Shown here: positions 37,643 through 52,375 of the stretch, one piece after another
Layout of the letters: each line of letters starts with the position of its first letter
Position numbering within the stretch: the first letter of the stretch is position 1
Assembly: GCF_964213995.1 (NCBI RefSeq)
Contig: NC_135817.1
Span: 53,072,001 to 53,136,000, forward strand
Direction: 5' to 3'
DNA from: Mustelus asterias
Lineage: Eukaryota
DNA: 64,000 nt
Notes under the pieces: model-generated
The model's input: only the letters and a program-made list of their open reading frames with translations
Database searches by the model: none
What the model was told of the DNA's origin: nothing
Position numbers and translations under genes: made by a program

Positions 37643-37943
37643 TTAAAGTTTATTTATTAGTATCACAAGTAGGTTTACATTAACACTGCAATGAAGTTAC
37701 TGTGAAAATCCCCTAGTCGCCACACTCTGGCGCCTGTTTGGGTGCACTGAGGGAGAATTTAGCATGGGCAATGCACCTAACCAGCACGTCTTTCGGATTG
37801 TGGGAGGAAACCGGAGCACCCGGAGGAAACCCATGCAGACATGGAGAGAACGTGCAGACTCTGCACAGACAGTGACCCAAGCTGGGAATCAAACCCGGAT
37901 CCCTGGCGCTGTGAGGCAGCAGTGCTAACCACCGTACCACCAC
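37643..37943 (-). mobile_element. V-SINE, alternative-tail variant
   Basis: Same tail as 1742-2030 (taataaataaactttaaa). Confidence 0.88.
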
Positions 37944-40900
37944 GTGGGAATTGGATTGTTATCTGGAAAGGAAGAATGTGCAGGGCTACGGGAAGAAGGC
38001 CAGGAAGTGGCACTAGGTAATTAGATCCTTCAGAGAGCCAGAGCAGACACGATGGGCCAAATGGCCTCCTTCTGGGCAGTAACCATTGTGCAATTCTGTG
38101 ACACAGTTTGTGCAGAAATAGCACGATTATGATGAGAGATTTTCTGCATCAGATAGTGTGAATCTATCTCTCCTGGGATCTAACATTGGTTTGTCGAGGG
38201 TACAGTATGCCTCCTTTCATCATCATAAGCATTAAAAATACTATCAGTTCTTTGTTAAATGTTGACGTCTTTGGCAAAAATTGTAAATTCTTAGAAAAAA
38301 TAGAAATTTTAAGTTGAATTACACTTTCGATTAATTAACCTTTTGATTATTAAATCATACCTTCTGATATAAAAATGCCAAAAATTGTGTGTGAATCCAC
38401 TTTTAAATTATTTGGCTCTCTCACAGGAAATGACTTTCCACAGTTTCATCTCACAGCTCCCCCCCCCCCCCCGCCCCCTCCCCAACACACACTTAAAGCA
38501 GTTCCAGTCATCAGCCATGTAATTGACAGTTAATTATTCATCTCTCTTGCTGGTCTGAAGCAAACACTCACACACACACACCCTGGGGCTCATGAAACAG
38601 ACACAAATCACAACTCCCACAAAGCCAGCTCCCAAGTAAAAGATTCACAATGAGACTAATCCTTAAATTGTGCTGAAAATGTAAAGGTTGGGTAGATTCC
38701 TACCCAACCTTCCCCCATTCGAGACACGGCTGTGTGGTTACAGGAGTAAAAATATTTTTTAATAAACCACAGCAAACAATATTTAATTAATGACTGAATT
38801 GCCGTCTTCTCAACTGGACTGTTTTCCAAAGGTATTCAAATTTTATGCAGAGATTGTGCTAATCTGCAGCTCAGGGTCTGAAGATTCGTGCCTTATTATT
38901 TAACGAGAGGAAGCATTGATTCTACCAGCACAGCGTCCTTTGAAGTAAGACCGCCCCAGTTTACTTCAGAGAAATCGTCCTGTGAGTTCTCAACCATGCA
39001 GACTGTTGGAATGCTCAAGGTGGTGATGCTTGAGAATTTGGGACAGGGGTTTCAAAACTCTTGTAAATTTACAACTACCGACAAACCTTGTTGTGAAAGG
39101 TTTGATATGCAGGAACAAGCCCAAACAAAGAGCAGGAACGAAAAATACAACACAGGGCCAATTTGCTACATTTATTGCTGGGATAAAAGTAGGCTTTTCC
39201 ACGTCATAGCCTCAAGTTATACATGTAAGCAGCACAGATGCTTGTTTTCAGTAAAATGTCTTTTCCAGGAAAAGAAAAGCTGAAAGGGATCTGATTGATA
39301 AACCGTTTGTCTTTTAGTCCTGCTGTTTTACCAATTTCAAGGAATGTTCTATGACCGAGCTCCAAAGTGGGATTACCAGACATTTGTTTCACAGTCATAA
39401 TACTTTGGGGAAAGAGAACATCTTTGGCAGGAGGGGCGAAGGGGGGGTTGATTTTATGTAGCCTGTAAGAGTGGGAAATGTGGTGTGCAGGGTGATTTAA
39501 TTAAGCAGGATGAGATTTCTTGATTTCCCAATGAGGGGGTAAGAAATATAGACAGTGTTGTTTTGGCAGCGCATTGAGCCTCATGCTGGTCTGTGGTGGT
39601 CTTGTACTTGAATATTCATTGCATGCAAATATATTACATCAGCAGAAGACATTTTTAAAAAGTTATGCTGTACCTTCAAGATAAAGTCAGTGATCACGAG
39701 GACCTCACGGCACGCAGTTGACGCTGGTTTAAAGTTGGGTGTGCGCCACATGGTTTAGTGCAGTTATATGGTCAGCGGCTTTCTTTGTTTATCCTGAGGG
39801 TACAAGAGAGGGGAGCAGGAAAATGGCAGCTTGCAATGGGGCTCAGAACTGGCAAGCGTGAGTCAGCAGTGGTGGTGGAGAGGGTGTGGAGTGGGGTTGG
39901 GAGCATGGAGGAGTCGAAGAGGGATACAGGAGAGGACAGAGGGTAGAGTCACTGAGGATTGATGTGGGAAGGGCCTGGCATTCTGGATGTGGTGGGGGAA
40001 ACAATCTGTCTACGTTTAACAAGCGATGAGTGTAAAGTACTGTCAACCTGCGGGTCCATCTCGAGTTATTAGCCTGACAGGGCTTGGAGTTCATGTTTTA
40101 ATTAACCGATGACAGTGCTTTTGGACAATGTCCTTTACAATGCAGGGAAGGGAGGACCAGCTGATCCTGCAAGTTGGGCCGTGTCCCACAGAGTGCCAAG
40201 TGCAACATTGAACACTGACATGAACAGTCAATAAAGAATGAACAAAAACACACAGGATTGGCCTAAATATTCCATTCCTCTGGCTGCCCCGGGAATTGTC
40301 ACTGGAGGGACGGATAATTTGACGGACCAGCGACAGATCCGCTGACTTTGTTCGGGAATTTCTGGTCTGATAGTGGGCGGGACTGGACAACCCCACCCAT
40401 TGCTTCTTGCACAATGATGGAAATTTCCCTAACTGCCCTGTAAGCATCAATGTGTGCCAACAATGAGGTGGGCCAATACATTTAGATCTTTGCCTCAGCC
40501 AGTCTCAACAAGTAGCAATGGTACACATGTGAAACCAATATAGTATAAAATATTTACGAGTGAAATTTAATTTTGAAAAATCTGTCTCCCCTGCATGCCT
40601 CCAGAAGTTTAAATTTTAATTGTACTTGTGTGGAAAGTGGGAAAAATCAATAGAGTTGTTACATCATTCGAATGGCTCGCTGTTGACATAATCCCCCAGC
40701 AGCCTCCTGTTTGATTGTTTGGGTATGAAGAGGAAATTCTGGTCATCAAAATTCATTGGAAATCATTGCTTTATAATTCAATAATTTCCTCCACAGTTGA
40801 GTCTCTCCTTATCATAACATTCTGGAAAATATCTGTTGTTATTTCCATCGAGGTTATTTCCCTCAAATTTAACCCAAATGTTCTTTCCTTACTGTGGATG

Positions 40901-41358
40901 TTTGAGGGCCCTAGTCTGGGTATGCAAAGTGCTTCAAACAGCTACTTTTGAAAAGATGAGTGGTTTTATTATGATGACAATATGCCCTGAGTGAGGTAAA
41001 TCATTCCGTTACCTTCAACAGCTTCCAACTAATGGCTTCAATTAATCTCTCTGAATATCAGGAAAGTGATGCTTTTAAAAAAAATTCATTTATGGAATGT
41101 GGGCATCACTGGCCAGGCCAGCATTTATTGCTCATCCCTAACTGTCCTTGAGAAGGTGGTGGTGAGCTGCCTTCTTGAACTGCTGCAGTCCCTGGGGTGT
41201 AGGTACATCCACAGTGCTGATAGGGAGTGAGTTCCAGGATTTTGACACAGTGTCAGTGAAGGAACAGCGATTTATTTCCAAGTCAGGATGGTGACTGACT
41301 TGGAGGGGAAACTCCAGGTGGTAGTATCCATGTATCTGCTGATCTTGTCCTTCTAGAC

Positions 41359-41687
41359 TAGAGGTCTCCAAACTACGTCCCGCGGGCCACATCCGGCGCG
41401 CAGCGGGCCACATCCGGCCCGCAGTTTGGAGACCGCTCCAACATCTTTTGTTAAACAACAGTAATCGTTAGTGCAGATTGTTACTTGTCTCTATCCGTGT
41501 TGGTCATTTACGTTAGCTATATGTATCCCAACAAAGTATTCCTGCTCAGTGAGAATCCCGGCATCTTTATGATAAATGTCGTCCAACAGTAATTGTGGGT
41601 TGGAATTCAGAACACGGTAAACGTAATTCAGCAGTCTCCAAACTGCAGGCCGGATGTGGCCCGCAGGCCGTAGTTTGGGGACCCCTG
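41359..41687. mobile_element. hAT/Charlie-type MITE
   Basis: TIRs tagaggtctccaaactacg / cgtagtttggggacccctg. Degenerate 8-bp TSD TTCTAGAC / TTCTGGAT resembling the Charlie NTCTAGAN target. Confidence 0.8.
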
Positions 41688-44133
41688 TTCTGGATGGTAG
41701 TGGCTGTGGGTTTGGAAGGAACCATGGTGAGTTCCTGCAGTACATTATGTAGATGGTATACACACGACTGCCACAGTGGAGGGATTGAATGTTTGTGGAA
41801 GGGATAACAGTCAGGTGGGCCGCTTTTTCCTGGATGGTGTCAAGCTTCTCAAGTGTTGTTGGAGCTGCACTCATCCAGGCAAATGGAGAGTATTCCACTA
41901 CACTCCTGAATTGTCCCTTATGATGGTGAACAGGCTTTGGGAAGTCACGAGTTGAGTTACTCACTATAGGATTCCTAGTCTTTGACCTGCACTTGTCGCC
42001 ACAGTATTTATATGGCTCATCCAGTTTAGTTTCTGGTCAATGTTAACACCCAGGCTGTTGATAGTGGGGGACTCAGTGATGATAATGCCATTGAATGTCA
42101 AGGGGTGATGGTTAGATCCTCTCTTGTTGGAGGTAGTCATTACCGGATATTTGTGTGGCATGAATATTACTTGTCAGCCCAAGCCTGGATATTGTCCATG
42201 TCTTGCTGCATTTGTACATGAGTGGCTTCAGTATCTGAGGAGTCTCGAATAATATTGAACATTATGGAATCATCAGCGAACATCTCACAATCTGACCTTA
42301 TGAAGGAAGGAAGGTCATTGATGGAGCAACGGAAGATGGTTGGGCCTAGGACACCCACCCTGAGGAGCTCCTACAATGATGTCCTAGAACTGAGATGGTT
42401 GACCTCCGATCACCACAACCATCTTCCTTTGTGCCCTCCAACCAGCGGAGGGTTCCCCCCTGAATCCCATTGACTCCACTTTTGCTAAGGCTCCTTAATG
42501 CCATATTCAGTCAAATGCTGCCTAAATGCCAAGGGAAGCCACTCTCACCTCACTCTGGCATTCTTTTCTTTTGTCCATGTTTAAACCAAGGCTGTAATGA
42601 GGCCGGTAGCTGAGTGCCCATGGCAGAACCAAAACTGAGCGTCCACGCGGAAGTTATTGCTGAGTAAATGCCACTTGAAAGCACTGTTGAGGACCCTTTC
42701 CATCACTTTACTGGTGATCAAGACTGGACTGATGAGGGGTAATTGACTGGGTTGGATTTGTCCTGCTTCTTATGTACAGGACATACCTGGACAATTTTCC
42801 ACATTTACTGGGCAGATGCCAGTGTTGTAGCTGCACTAGAATAGTTTTGCTTGGGCGCAGCAAATTCTGGAGCACACATCTTCAGGACTAGTGCTGTCAG
42901 GGCCCATTGTCTTTGCAGTATCCATTGCCTTCAGTCATTTCTTGATATCACATGGAGTGAATTGAATTGGTCAAAGAAAAACATCTGTGATGCTAGGAAC
43001 GTCCAGAGGAGGCTGAGATGGATCATCCAATCAACACTTGTGGCTGAAGATTGTTGCTTCAACCTTATCTTTTGCTCTGATGTGCGGGGCTCCTCTATCG
43101 TTGAGGATGGGACTGGAAAACCTTCACGAGCCGATGGAGCCTCCTCCTCCAGTGTTCTTTAATTGGCCATCACCATTCACAACTGGATGTGGCAGGACTG
43201 CAGAGGTTAGATTAGACCCGATGGTTGTGGGATCGCTTAGCTCTGTCTATTACTTGCTGCTTATGCTGTTTGGCACACAAGTAATCCTGTGTTGTAGCTT
43301 CATTCGGTTGACACCTCATTTTTAGGTATGTCTGGTGCTGCATGTTCTCCTGCACTCTTCATTAAACCAGGGTTGATCCCCTGGCTGGTGGTAATGGTAG
43401 AGTGGTGACATGCCAGGCCATGAGGTTACAGATTGTAGTCGAGTACAATCCTGCTGCTGCTGATGGCCCACAGAGCACCATGGAAACCCGGTTTTGAGTT
43501 GTTAGATCTGTTCAAAATCTATTCCATTTAGCATGATGGTAGTGCCACACAACACAACAGTACTTCATCTCCACAAGGATTGAGGTGTGGTGGTCACTCC
43601 TACCTTATATTCTCATGGACAGATGCATCTGCAACTGACAGGTCAGTGAGGATGAGATCAAGTATGTTTTTCCCTCTTGGATCCTTCACCATTCTCGCAG
43701 CTATGTCTTTTCGGACCCGGCCAGCTTGATCTATGGTGGTACTACCGAGCCACTCTTGGTGATGGACATTGAAGACCTCCACTCAGAGTACATTCTGTGT
43801 CCTTGCCACTCTCAGTGCTTCCTCCAAGTGGTGTACATCATGAAGGAGTAATGATTCATTAACTGAGAAGGGACGGTATGTGGTTATCAGCAGGAGCTTT
43901 TCTTGCCCCTGTTTGACCTGGTGCCACGAGACTTCATGGGGTTCAGGATCAAAGTTCAGAACTCTCAGGCCAACTCCCTCATGACTGCATACCACTGTGC
44001 CACCACCTCTGCTGGGTCTGTCCTGCCAATGACATAAAACATATCCAGGAATGGTGATGGTGATGTCTGGGACATTATCTGTTAGGTATGATTCTGTGAG
44101 TATGACTATGTCAGACTGTTGCTTGACTAGTGT

Positions 44134-44667
44134 CAAAAAACAAAGAACAAAGAAAATTACAGAACAGGCCCTTCGGCCCTCCAAGCCTGCACCGACCATG
44201 CTGCCCAACTTAACTAAAACCCCCTACCCTTCTGGGGACCATTTCCCTCTATTCCCATCCTATTCATGTACTTGTCAAGACGCCCCTTAAAAGTCATTAC
44301 CTCCCCTGGCAACGAATTCCAGGCACCCACTACTCTCTGTGTAAAAAATCTGCCTCGTACATCTCCTTTAAACCTTGCCCCTCGCACCTTAAACCTATGC
44401 CCCCTAGTAATTGACTCTTCCATCCTGGGAAAAAGCTTCTGACTATCCACTCTGTCCATGCCTCTCATAATCTTGTAGACTTCTATCAGGTCTCCCCTCA
44501 ACCTCCATCGCTCCAGTGAGAACAAACCAAGTTTCTCCAACCTCTCTTCATAGCTAATGCCCTCCATACCAGGCAACATCTTGGTAAATCTTTTTTGTAC
44601 CCTCTCCAAAACCTCCACATCCTTCTGGTAGTGTGGCGACCAGAATTGAACACTATATTCCAAGTGC
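44134..44667 (-). mobile_element. CR1 3' fragment (same family as 25627-26986)
   Basis: HLEYSVQFWSPHYQKDVE...GAWNSLP, near-identical 3' UTR and (TTCTTTG)n tail. Confidence 0.9.
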
Positions 44668-45769
44668 CTGAAACAGTTCTCCCAATTTTGGTACAAGCCC
44701 CCAGACGTTGCTAAGGAGGACATTGCAGGATTGACAGGGCTGGGTTTGCCATTGTCATTTCTGGTGCCTAGGTCAATGACGAGTGGTCTGTCCAGCTTGA
44801 TTCCTTTTTGTTCCATTTGTATTTCTATGTCATTTTATTATCTGTGCATCGCGAGATCTGGCCGCTCGGAGAGATTTGGCAAGTTTGCAATAAGAGCGGT
44901 ATCCAAGAAAGTTTGCAGGAATATGTGCAAAGTTACCAACAATTAACAATTACACAGACACACATTTTTAAAAATCTTCTACGGAATATATAAATGGAAT
45001 CTGCAGTGTTGAAAGGGATGTAGAGAGGCTGAGTGTCTCTACTCTACTCATGGATATGCCCAGAGGCCAATATAGTAATCTGTACATGCTCTGAAGCTTT
45101 ATAACAACACAAGAAATAGACATTGCTACTGGCAAAAGACTCAGGGGCCTTTTTGGTTAAGACATCCAGATATTCGCCAATATAAATTGCACCATTTAGT
45201 CTTGGTGTGTGGCCTTGGTCTTGGTTTTCATTGAAGTGAAATAGAAGGCATGTGAAATGTTTTATTGTATATCCTTTACATTGCAAAAAACCTCCAGAAA
45301 TACAGTTATAAATTTTTTTCCTTTTCGAAATTGGTTGTGTCCCAAGAGAGTACCTTGAACTATATAACATCAGAGTGAAGTAGTGATGATTACAGTATTA
45401 CACTGGAAACATTGGCACAATTGTAAATTGTATTGGCTTGAAAGCAATCTTCATATAGGGTATCAATATCACAATGTTAAATTAATCTACTGACAAGACT
45501 GGTATGACAACTCCAGAGGAGTTAACCCTTTGTCTGAGCTTGTAAGGAATGTTGTGGTAGATAATCCCTTTGGAGAGCAGGATGTCTCTAGTTTCTGCTT
45601 ACAGTAGTCTGAAAAAAGGACCCTACAGTAAAGGTCCCTACATTTTAAAAAAAGTCTCTTGCACTAATTCAAAGAGCTATCAATTGAAGTATTTGGTTCA
45701 GTGCCAATATTTGTCTGATTACACTCCCGGGAAGCACGTTTGGGACCTTTTGCTATGTTAAAAGTTTTG

Positions 45770-45993
45770 GACGGGATTTTCCACCCCACTTCACAGTGTG
45801 TTTCGCGGCAGTGGAGGTGGCCTGCCATTGGCTTGTGAGGGTTTTCCAGTCCCGCTGCTGTCAATGGGGTTTCCCGTTGTTCGGCTCCTTTGCCACCAGG
45901 GAACCTGTGGCAAGGGCGGGGGAGGGGGGGGGGGTGGTCACCGTTGACAGGACCGGAAGATCCTGCGGGCTAGAATGGCAGGAAAATCTCACC
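45770..45993. mobile_element. Related ~220-bp MITE
   Basis: TIR-like ggacgggattttcc / ggaaaatctcaccc. Similar pieces at ~1600-1730 and ~40258-40395. Confidence 0.55.
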
Positions 45994-46839
45994 CACTACA
46001 TCATTGCAAGCTGTTGTTGTAACATTTATAATCTAGACTGTGTTTATCTATAAATTCATAATTATATTGCAACCCTGTCATTTACTTCATGTAAATAAGA
46101 TCTTTGGTCAACTTAATACCATGTAATTATTGACACTTAAACGTATAAGTAATTGTAAAAATATATTTACATATATAATTGCATGGATTTATATATAATT
46201 ACATACATGTCATCTGACTTAATGTTAGCAAAGGCACTGAAAATCCATTAGTATTGATAAAGTTGATTGATAGATCTCCTAACATGTGGATGGGAAGTCT
46301 GGCTTGCTTCCACCTATGCTGCTCACCACTATGCAGAATGAAGACAAGCCACTGGAGAAATAAGGCAGAACTTTCATACACTCAGATAAATCAACAAAAC
46401 TGAAATAACTCCTCAGAGGCCGGTGTCCCTTCACCAGATTCCCTTTGTTTACAATCTTATCTCCACTCCTCAGAGTGCTTCAGGTACAAAGTCAGAATCC
46501 AAAGTGTCAAAAGACCTGACACTCTTCAATATATGTACAAATGGGACTCCCTGACTGAGGTAATGATTCCCTGCCCAATCAGAGAGCTCAGAGGCCAACC
46601 TCATGAGCCTCATTGAGGTCCTTACAGAAACATTATGATGATTGGATTTTTCTTAGTTACAACAGAGATTCATACATTACGTTGTTGACTAGAATTTACA
46701 AGGTACAGCATTGTAGGGAGGTTTCCCTGGCTTGTGAATGGGCCTAGGGATTCACACTTGGGAGCACTGTCACTGTTTGATTACAATTCCACATTTCTGT
46801 GCAGAGTCAACACACATTGGAATGTGATTGTGACACCAA

Positions 46840-46977
46840 GGCTGGAATTCTCCGGTCATGCACGCCCCATCACCACTGCCAGCGAGAATGGAGAATTTGG
46901 CACTCAGCCAAATCTCCATTCACTGCAGCAGGGCCGGAGAATCCTAGCTGAGGGTGAGATTGGAGAATTCCGACCCA
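46840..46977. mobile_element. Short ~135-bp MITE (other copies ~44-181, ~3218-3326, ~5990-6115)
   Basis: TIRs ggctggaattctcc / ggagaattccgacc. Shared internal hairpin gagaatttggcactcagccaaatctc. Confidence 0.75.
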
Positions 46978-49198
46978 AAGCTTTATAAGGTAGGCTAGTC
47001 AGGTAGGATAAGGTATGTCTTCCTACATGGTGCCAATATTATGTGAGGAATAATGTTAACCATGTTGACTAATTGTTGGCAGTCGGCTAGAAATGTGGGC
47101 CAGATTTTTTTAAAATTCAACTGATTTTCCAAGACCAGACTGATTTCCATAATGCATTAAACTGTGTTGACTGCATGGGGATCGGATACGCGTGATGTTA
47201 CTTCCATGCCTTGCACTGGCTGATACAGAAAGTTTCTTTGATTTAAATCAGCCCCTTTGAAATGGTACACGTTACAAATGGTTCGTGCCATGGGAATTAG
47301 AATCAGTTAAATGTTCACTGCATGAGATCGATTTTTACTGGCTGTTCTGATGTGCAACATCTGGCTGTAACTGTGAAGCAGACCAGAGATTCATGGGAAT
47401 ATGAGGGGGTGGGGTAGGGACAGGGCAGGGGGACATTGGTAAATGGGGTGGCAGGAGGGTTTGTACCATTCTAGGCAGGCAGCGTGTTGGCTCTGATTTA
47501 GCTTTGTACCTGATGATCTTTTTGACGTTTTGCAGCCTCTTTCAGCCAGGAGTTTTGAACGTGGCCATAAAATACGAGAAGGTTGGAGTTCTCCACCCTA
47601 CTGTCAAACATTCCTGCATTCCCCTGGGCTCAATTTTAAAAGGCAGAAATGTCACTTTCACAAGTGCTGGCTCACTCCAAGTATTGTTAACATCAGAATG
47701 TTAGGTAGTTTCTCTTGCCATTAGACTTAATTAAACTTTTTTTTTTGAGGGGGGTCCTCTGATTAAGTCAGAAAACTTAATGGTTAAATTACTGTTGTGC
47801 TGGGACGATATTATTTTAGCTATTTTCCATCTTCACGTTTCTCGTATCACATAGTTGTCAATATAATTAGAGAGATCTGTGACTCCAGCAAGTACAGAAA
47901 TCAAGTTTAAATTTATCAGCTTGGGTAGATAAGGTTGAGCAAGGTTTCTCCCTTGCCACATATTTTAAAATCCGCCTTGCACTAGAAGTTGGAAGTAAGA
48001 TATATGAGTTTAATAAAAAAAACAATATAAGAATCTTTCACTTTATTGACAATGAACCATATGAAGCATATCTGGACTTAATCACTAACAGAAAAAAAAC
48101 TGATTAGTGTTATTAATCTTGCCAAAGACTGCAGTTCTGTGCTGAAATAATTATTTGTATACAGTATGCATTGTTTTTCTATTCCTTTTCTCTTGGTCCC
48201 CTGCTATGGGAAAGTGTTACTAACAGTGTCGGGAAATATTGTATGTCTAGTTATTGTATACAGTCCTCCTTCCTCACGAGCCATCATTTAAATTGTGCCA
48301 GTAATTCCTAGTTTCTCAGTGTGACATATTGATCTTCAACTAAAGAAAGCAAGAAGAATTTATGGAACTACCCAATTAAAGATTAATGCTGTACTAAACC
48401 GTCTAGTAAAAGTCTTTCACTCACACTATGGATATTAGAATAGCTCTTATTTCCAAATAGATTTTTGGAAGGGAATACACATCTGCAAATTCCAAAGTCA
48501 GATGGATATTGAAGGAAAAAAATAGAGGGAAAAAGAGAATAGGGCAGATCCAGAGGAAAATTAAGACTATAATGTAATGTCATACTGCACTAAAGGACAC
48601 TGTGTTGTCTCCTGTAAGTAGATGCAGTTCACTGCCTGTCAGAGGAATCCTGAACCATAAGGGAATCAACACTTGTCCCAAGTCATCGACCAAAGCAAAG
48701 CTGCCATTCAAACTGAGATCAGGAGGCATGCTGACTGCATCACTCAAGGGGTCGTGGGAGTGCACAAGCCTCACCATCAGGCCAATCACGGCAATCCACA
48801 AGATGACCTAGAGATTTGAATATTGGAGAGTAGCAGCTATACAAAGCCCTGGTTAGAGTACACACCTCTAGTGATATCATGCTACTATCCTTGAAGGCTT
48901 TTACAACATTCAACTTCCTTTTTAATGGTTCTACCGCCACCCCCCCACCGCACCCCATCATCTACTTCCAAAGATGTACAACAATTTACAACACATGTTC
49001 ACATTTAGTTATCATTACATAAGTGGACAGAATTGATGAAGCCACGAGTCTCTAAACTGTAGAGATAATCTGCTCAAATGCCCAGATCTTGTAGTAATAA
49101 TCTTGTCTGGAGGTTTCTTTGATTGCTCAGAGTGATCCGTGGGATTGTCATTCTTGGATGTTGTTCCTGGTTGCATTTAGTAGGTTACCTTGGATGCA

Positions 49199-49514
49199 AT
49201 AGAATCATAGAATCTCTACAGTGCAGAAGGAGGCCATTTGGCCCATCGGGCCTGCACCGACAACAATCCCACCCAAGCCCTATTCCAGTAACCCCATGTA
49301 TTTACACTACTAGTCCCCTAAGAGACAATTTAGAATGGCCAATCAACCTAACCCGTACATATTTGGAGTGTGGGAGGAAACCAGAGTACACGGAGGAAAC
49401 TCGCGCAGATACGGGGAGAATGTGCAAACACCACACAGACAATGACCCGAGGCAGGAATTGAACCTGGATCACTGACTCTGTGAGGCAGCAGTGCTAACT
49501 GCTGTGCCACCGTG
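49199..49514 (-). mobile_element. HE1-like V-SINE
   Basis: Same consensus. Confidence 0.88.
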
Positions 49515-51011
49515 TTTCCTACATGGTGGTTAAGGAGCTGGACTGGATCTGATTTGTTATGCCTCACCATTGTACCTTTGTGTGTAATGACTTCATAGGA
49601 CCTTGGTTCCAAACAAATCCTTGTCACCTCAGCTGGTTGCTTCATGTCTTCTGTGGAATCCTGGTTGGGAACTTACTGTCCCAACTCTAAACTTGGCAGT
49701 TCTGTGCCTAGATCTTTGTCGTGCATGTTGGTCATCTTCTCTCTAGTTTATGAGAGGGTAGAATGGGTAAGAGCACTGGTATGTCAAACATGAGCTCTGT
49801 CATGATGGAATTGTTGCAGTTAAAGGTATCGCTCTCAGATGTAATAATGTAATGCATGGGTCTTTCTTGATATTTCTACATTTGAGAATTGGGGAGTGAA
49901 CCCTGTGAATGTTTGTTCAGCTAGGCTTCTGGATTTAGAGTCATGAGAAGTAGTCTGATTGATATTCCACTTCTTACACACATCCTGAAAGGACGTACCA
50001 ATAAATCGCAGACCGTTATTTTTGGTGATCTCTCTCGACACATCAAATAAACTGGAACTAGCACCTGTGCATGCCAGTTGTGCTTGATGTATCGTGCAAG
50101 TGTTGAATGATGGATTACTTGGTAAAGCAGTCAGCAGCGACGCTGCAGTCAGTGCCGTGGACATGAAAGAGATGTAATTTTGGACCAAGGATGTGGAGGA
50201 ACGTAATGTGGAATTAGTGATTCTTTGTGCTTTGAGCTCTTGACATGCCTTGCAGTTCTTGACAAGGACTTCAATGACATTGTTCATACCCAGTCACTGT
50301 CCCTTTTCTGATCCATGTGAGTGATCCATGTGAGTGATCCATGTGAGTGTGAGTGATGAAGTTGTTGAAGGGCATCAGGTTACAAAGATTCCATTATGAT
50401 GACCTCCCTGCCTTTAAAAAATAACTCCTTGGGAGATGGCTAGCTTGTCCTAATCAGGTCAAAATGGTCTCATGTGTTTGTGGACGTCCTGAATTGAATC
50501 AGGCATTCCTTCAATTTCCACAGTTTTTATGGCATAGAATCTTTTGCTGTTTCTTCTTGTAGCTGCTGGCATTTGCATTGTGCTAAATGTACCAGATCAG
50601 TTGATGGACTTGCATTCTCCTGCAAGCATAGTGTTGTAACTCCCTTGAAACTGCCAATTTCAGAGAAACATTCTGGGTATTTTGATCTTAGGTCATGAAC
50701 TGACATGGAAGGAGTAGCTTTTGAGGTTGATCTGTCTTTCAACATCCGTCTAATTCTATGAATTGTTTCTAGTGTGAGGTCACAATGTGCCGGTAGACCA
50801 TGATCGCTGGGCCTTTAGTTTCAATGATGTAGAATACTTGTGACACCCAGGAAGATTGATTGTACTTGCACTCCAGGGCTAGGAAACCTGAATATGGAAT
50901 CAGTGATCCAATGTAAGCTGAAAATGTCACAGTGGGAGCTTTCACCATGGCACTCCATGTCTGTAGACACATACATGTCTTTTAGAATTCATTGAGGTAG
51001 TATGTTGACAG

Positions 51012-52375
51012 TGTAGCCTGATGGGTATTCATAAATACCCCAGCAAAGTCTGACGGTTAAAAGGGCTAACTCTGTATCAGGCTAAGGACAGTGGGAGCAG
51101 CAAAGAACAGGATGTGCAGCTATGGCACAAATATGGGAATTGATTGGACAGTGGCTTTTGCTATGCCTTGAAGAGACAGTGTGTGGCATGTTCCTGAGAG
51201 AATTACAACCCTCTGACAGAGGCACAACTCTCTGTATTCAAGACCAAAATGACAGTGACTGATTAGTGCCTGTCCTTGGCTATGTGACTAGAAGCATGAC
51301 CAGTATCAGCAGGATCACTTTAAGAAGGACAGACAAGGAGACATCGACAGCGGTAACCCGAGATCAACCACTGTAGAAGCAAAGCCCCCGAGTCTGAGAT
51401 TCGGAGATATCAAAGCAAAACCCATCTGCGGGGAATCTGAGCAGTTCACCTCAACATGGGTATGTCTTTAAGTCGTGAGTTTGGATATTTTGTGATGTTT
51501 TGATATCTTTTGAATACTACTGTGTAGAACGGAGTAGGTCAAAGGTTAGTTACTTTGTGTGTAACAAAGTCAGTCAGAGGTTAAATACTTTGTGTATGAC
51601 GAAGTTTGTTGACTGGTGTAATTGTGGTAACGTGGTACAGTACAATAAAGACCATAAGACCATAAGACCATAAGACATAGGAGCGGAAGTAAGGCCATTC
51701 GGCCCATCGAGTCCACTCCACCATTCAATCATGGTTGATTTCAACTCCATTTACCCGCTCTCTCCCCATAGCCCTTAATTCCTCGAGAAATCAAGAATTT
51801 ATCAATTTCTGTCTTGAAGACGCTCAACGTCTCGGCCTCCACAGCCCTCTGTGGCAATGAATTCCACAGACCCACCACTCTCTGGCTGAAGAAATTTCTC
51901 CTCATCTCTGTTCTAAAGTGACTCCCTTTTATTCTAAGGCTGTGCCCCCGCGTCCTAGTCTCCCCTGTTAATGGAAACAACTTCCCTACGTCCATCCTAT
52001 CTAAGCCGTTCATTATCTTGTAAGTTTCTATCAGATCTCCCCTCAACCTCCTAAGCTCCAATGAATATAATCCCACGATCCTCAGACGTTCATCGTATGT
52101 CAGGCCTACCATTCCTGGGATCATCCGTGTGAATCTCCGCTGGACCCGCTCCAGTGCCAGTATGTCCTTCCTGAGGTGTGGGGCCCAAAATTGCTCACAG
52201 TACTCCAAATGGGGCCTAACCAGTGCTTTATAAAGCCTCAGAAGTACATCCCTGCTTTTGTATTCCAAGCCTCTTGAGATAAATGACAACATTACATTTG
52301 CTTTAAAGGAGATTTGTTGCACAAGAATTCAAGAGTTGAGCCTTTGTCCAGTTAACCCGAGTTTGAGAGCAACAC
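51012..52375 (+). mobile_element. Probable solo LTR, interrupted by the CR1 fragment at its AATAAA
   Basis: Inverted termini TGTAGC...GCAACA. AATAAA at the CR1 junction. It splits the protease motif (DTRASVNIL, minus strand) of an older Gypsy. TSD unclear. Confidence 0.5.
51647..52305 (-). mobile_element. CR1 3' fragment with (GTCTTATG)n tail
   Basis: ORF 51741-52322 HLEYCEQFWAP...GLWNSLP. (cataagac)n at ~51647-51677. Confidence 0.9.

Larger units (their letters stand above)
30400..38095 (+). mobile_element. Old CR1 LINE ORF2, split by Gypsy element A (31207-35956) and a V-SINE (37643-37943)
   Basis: APE remnants (MVDFEYPNIDW) left of element A. RT remnants (DFQKVFDKVPH, LERRRLRGD) and 3' UTR to the right. 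Confidence 0.82.
41085..44780 (-). mobile_element. Decayed CR1/L2-group LINE (APE+RT), interrupted by a hAT MITE and a CR1 fragment
   Basis: DIVILTES...DRPSRGGG, NILDLILTD, VLGPTIF...INDLP...MFADD, VEYSPFAW, WNSLP. Confidence 0.82.

Noticed and set aside
39480-40250. Harbinger Myb/transposase remnants (also ~30000-30380, ~58620-59160)
   Set aside because: Only a vague resemblance and no alignable motif. Not supportable without a search.
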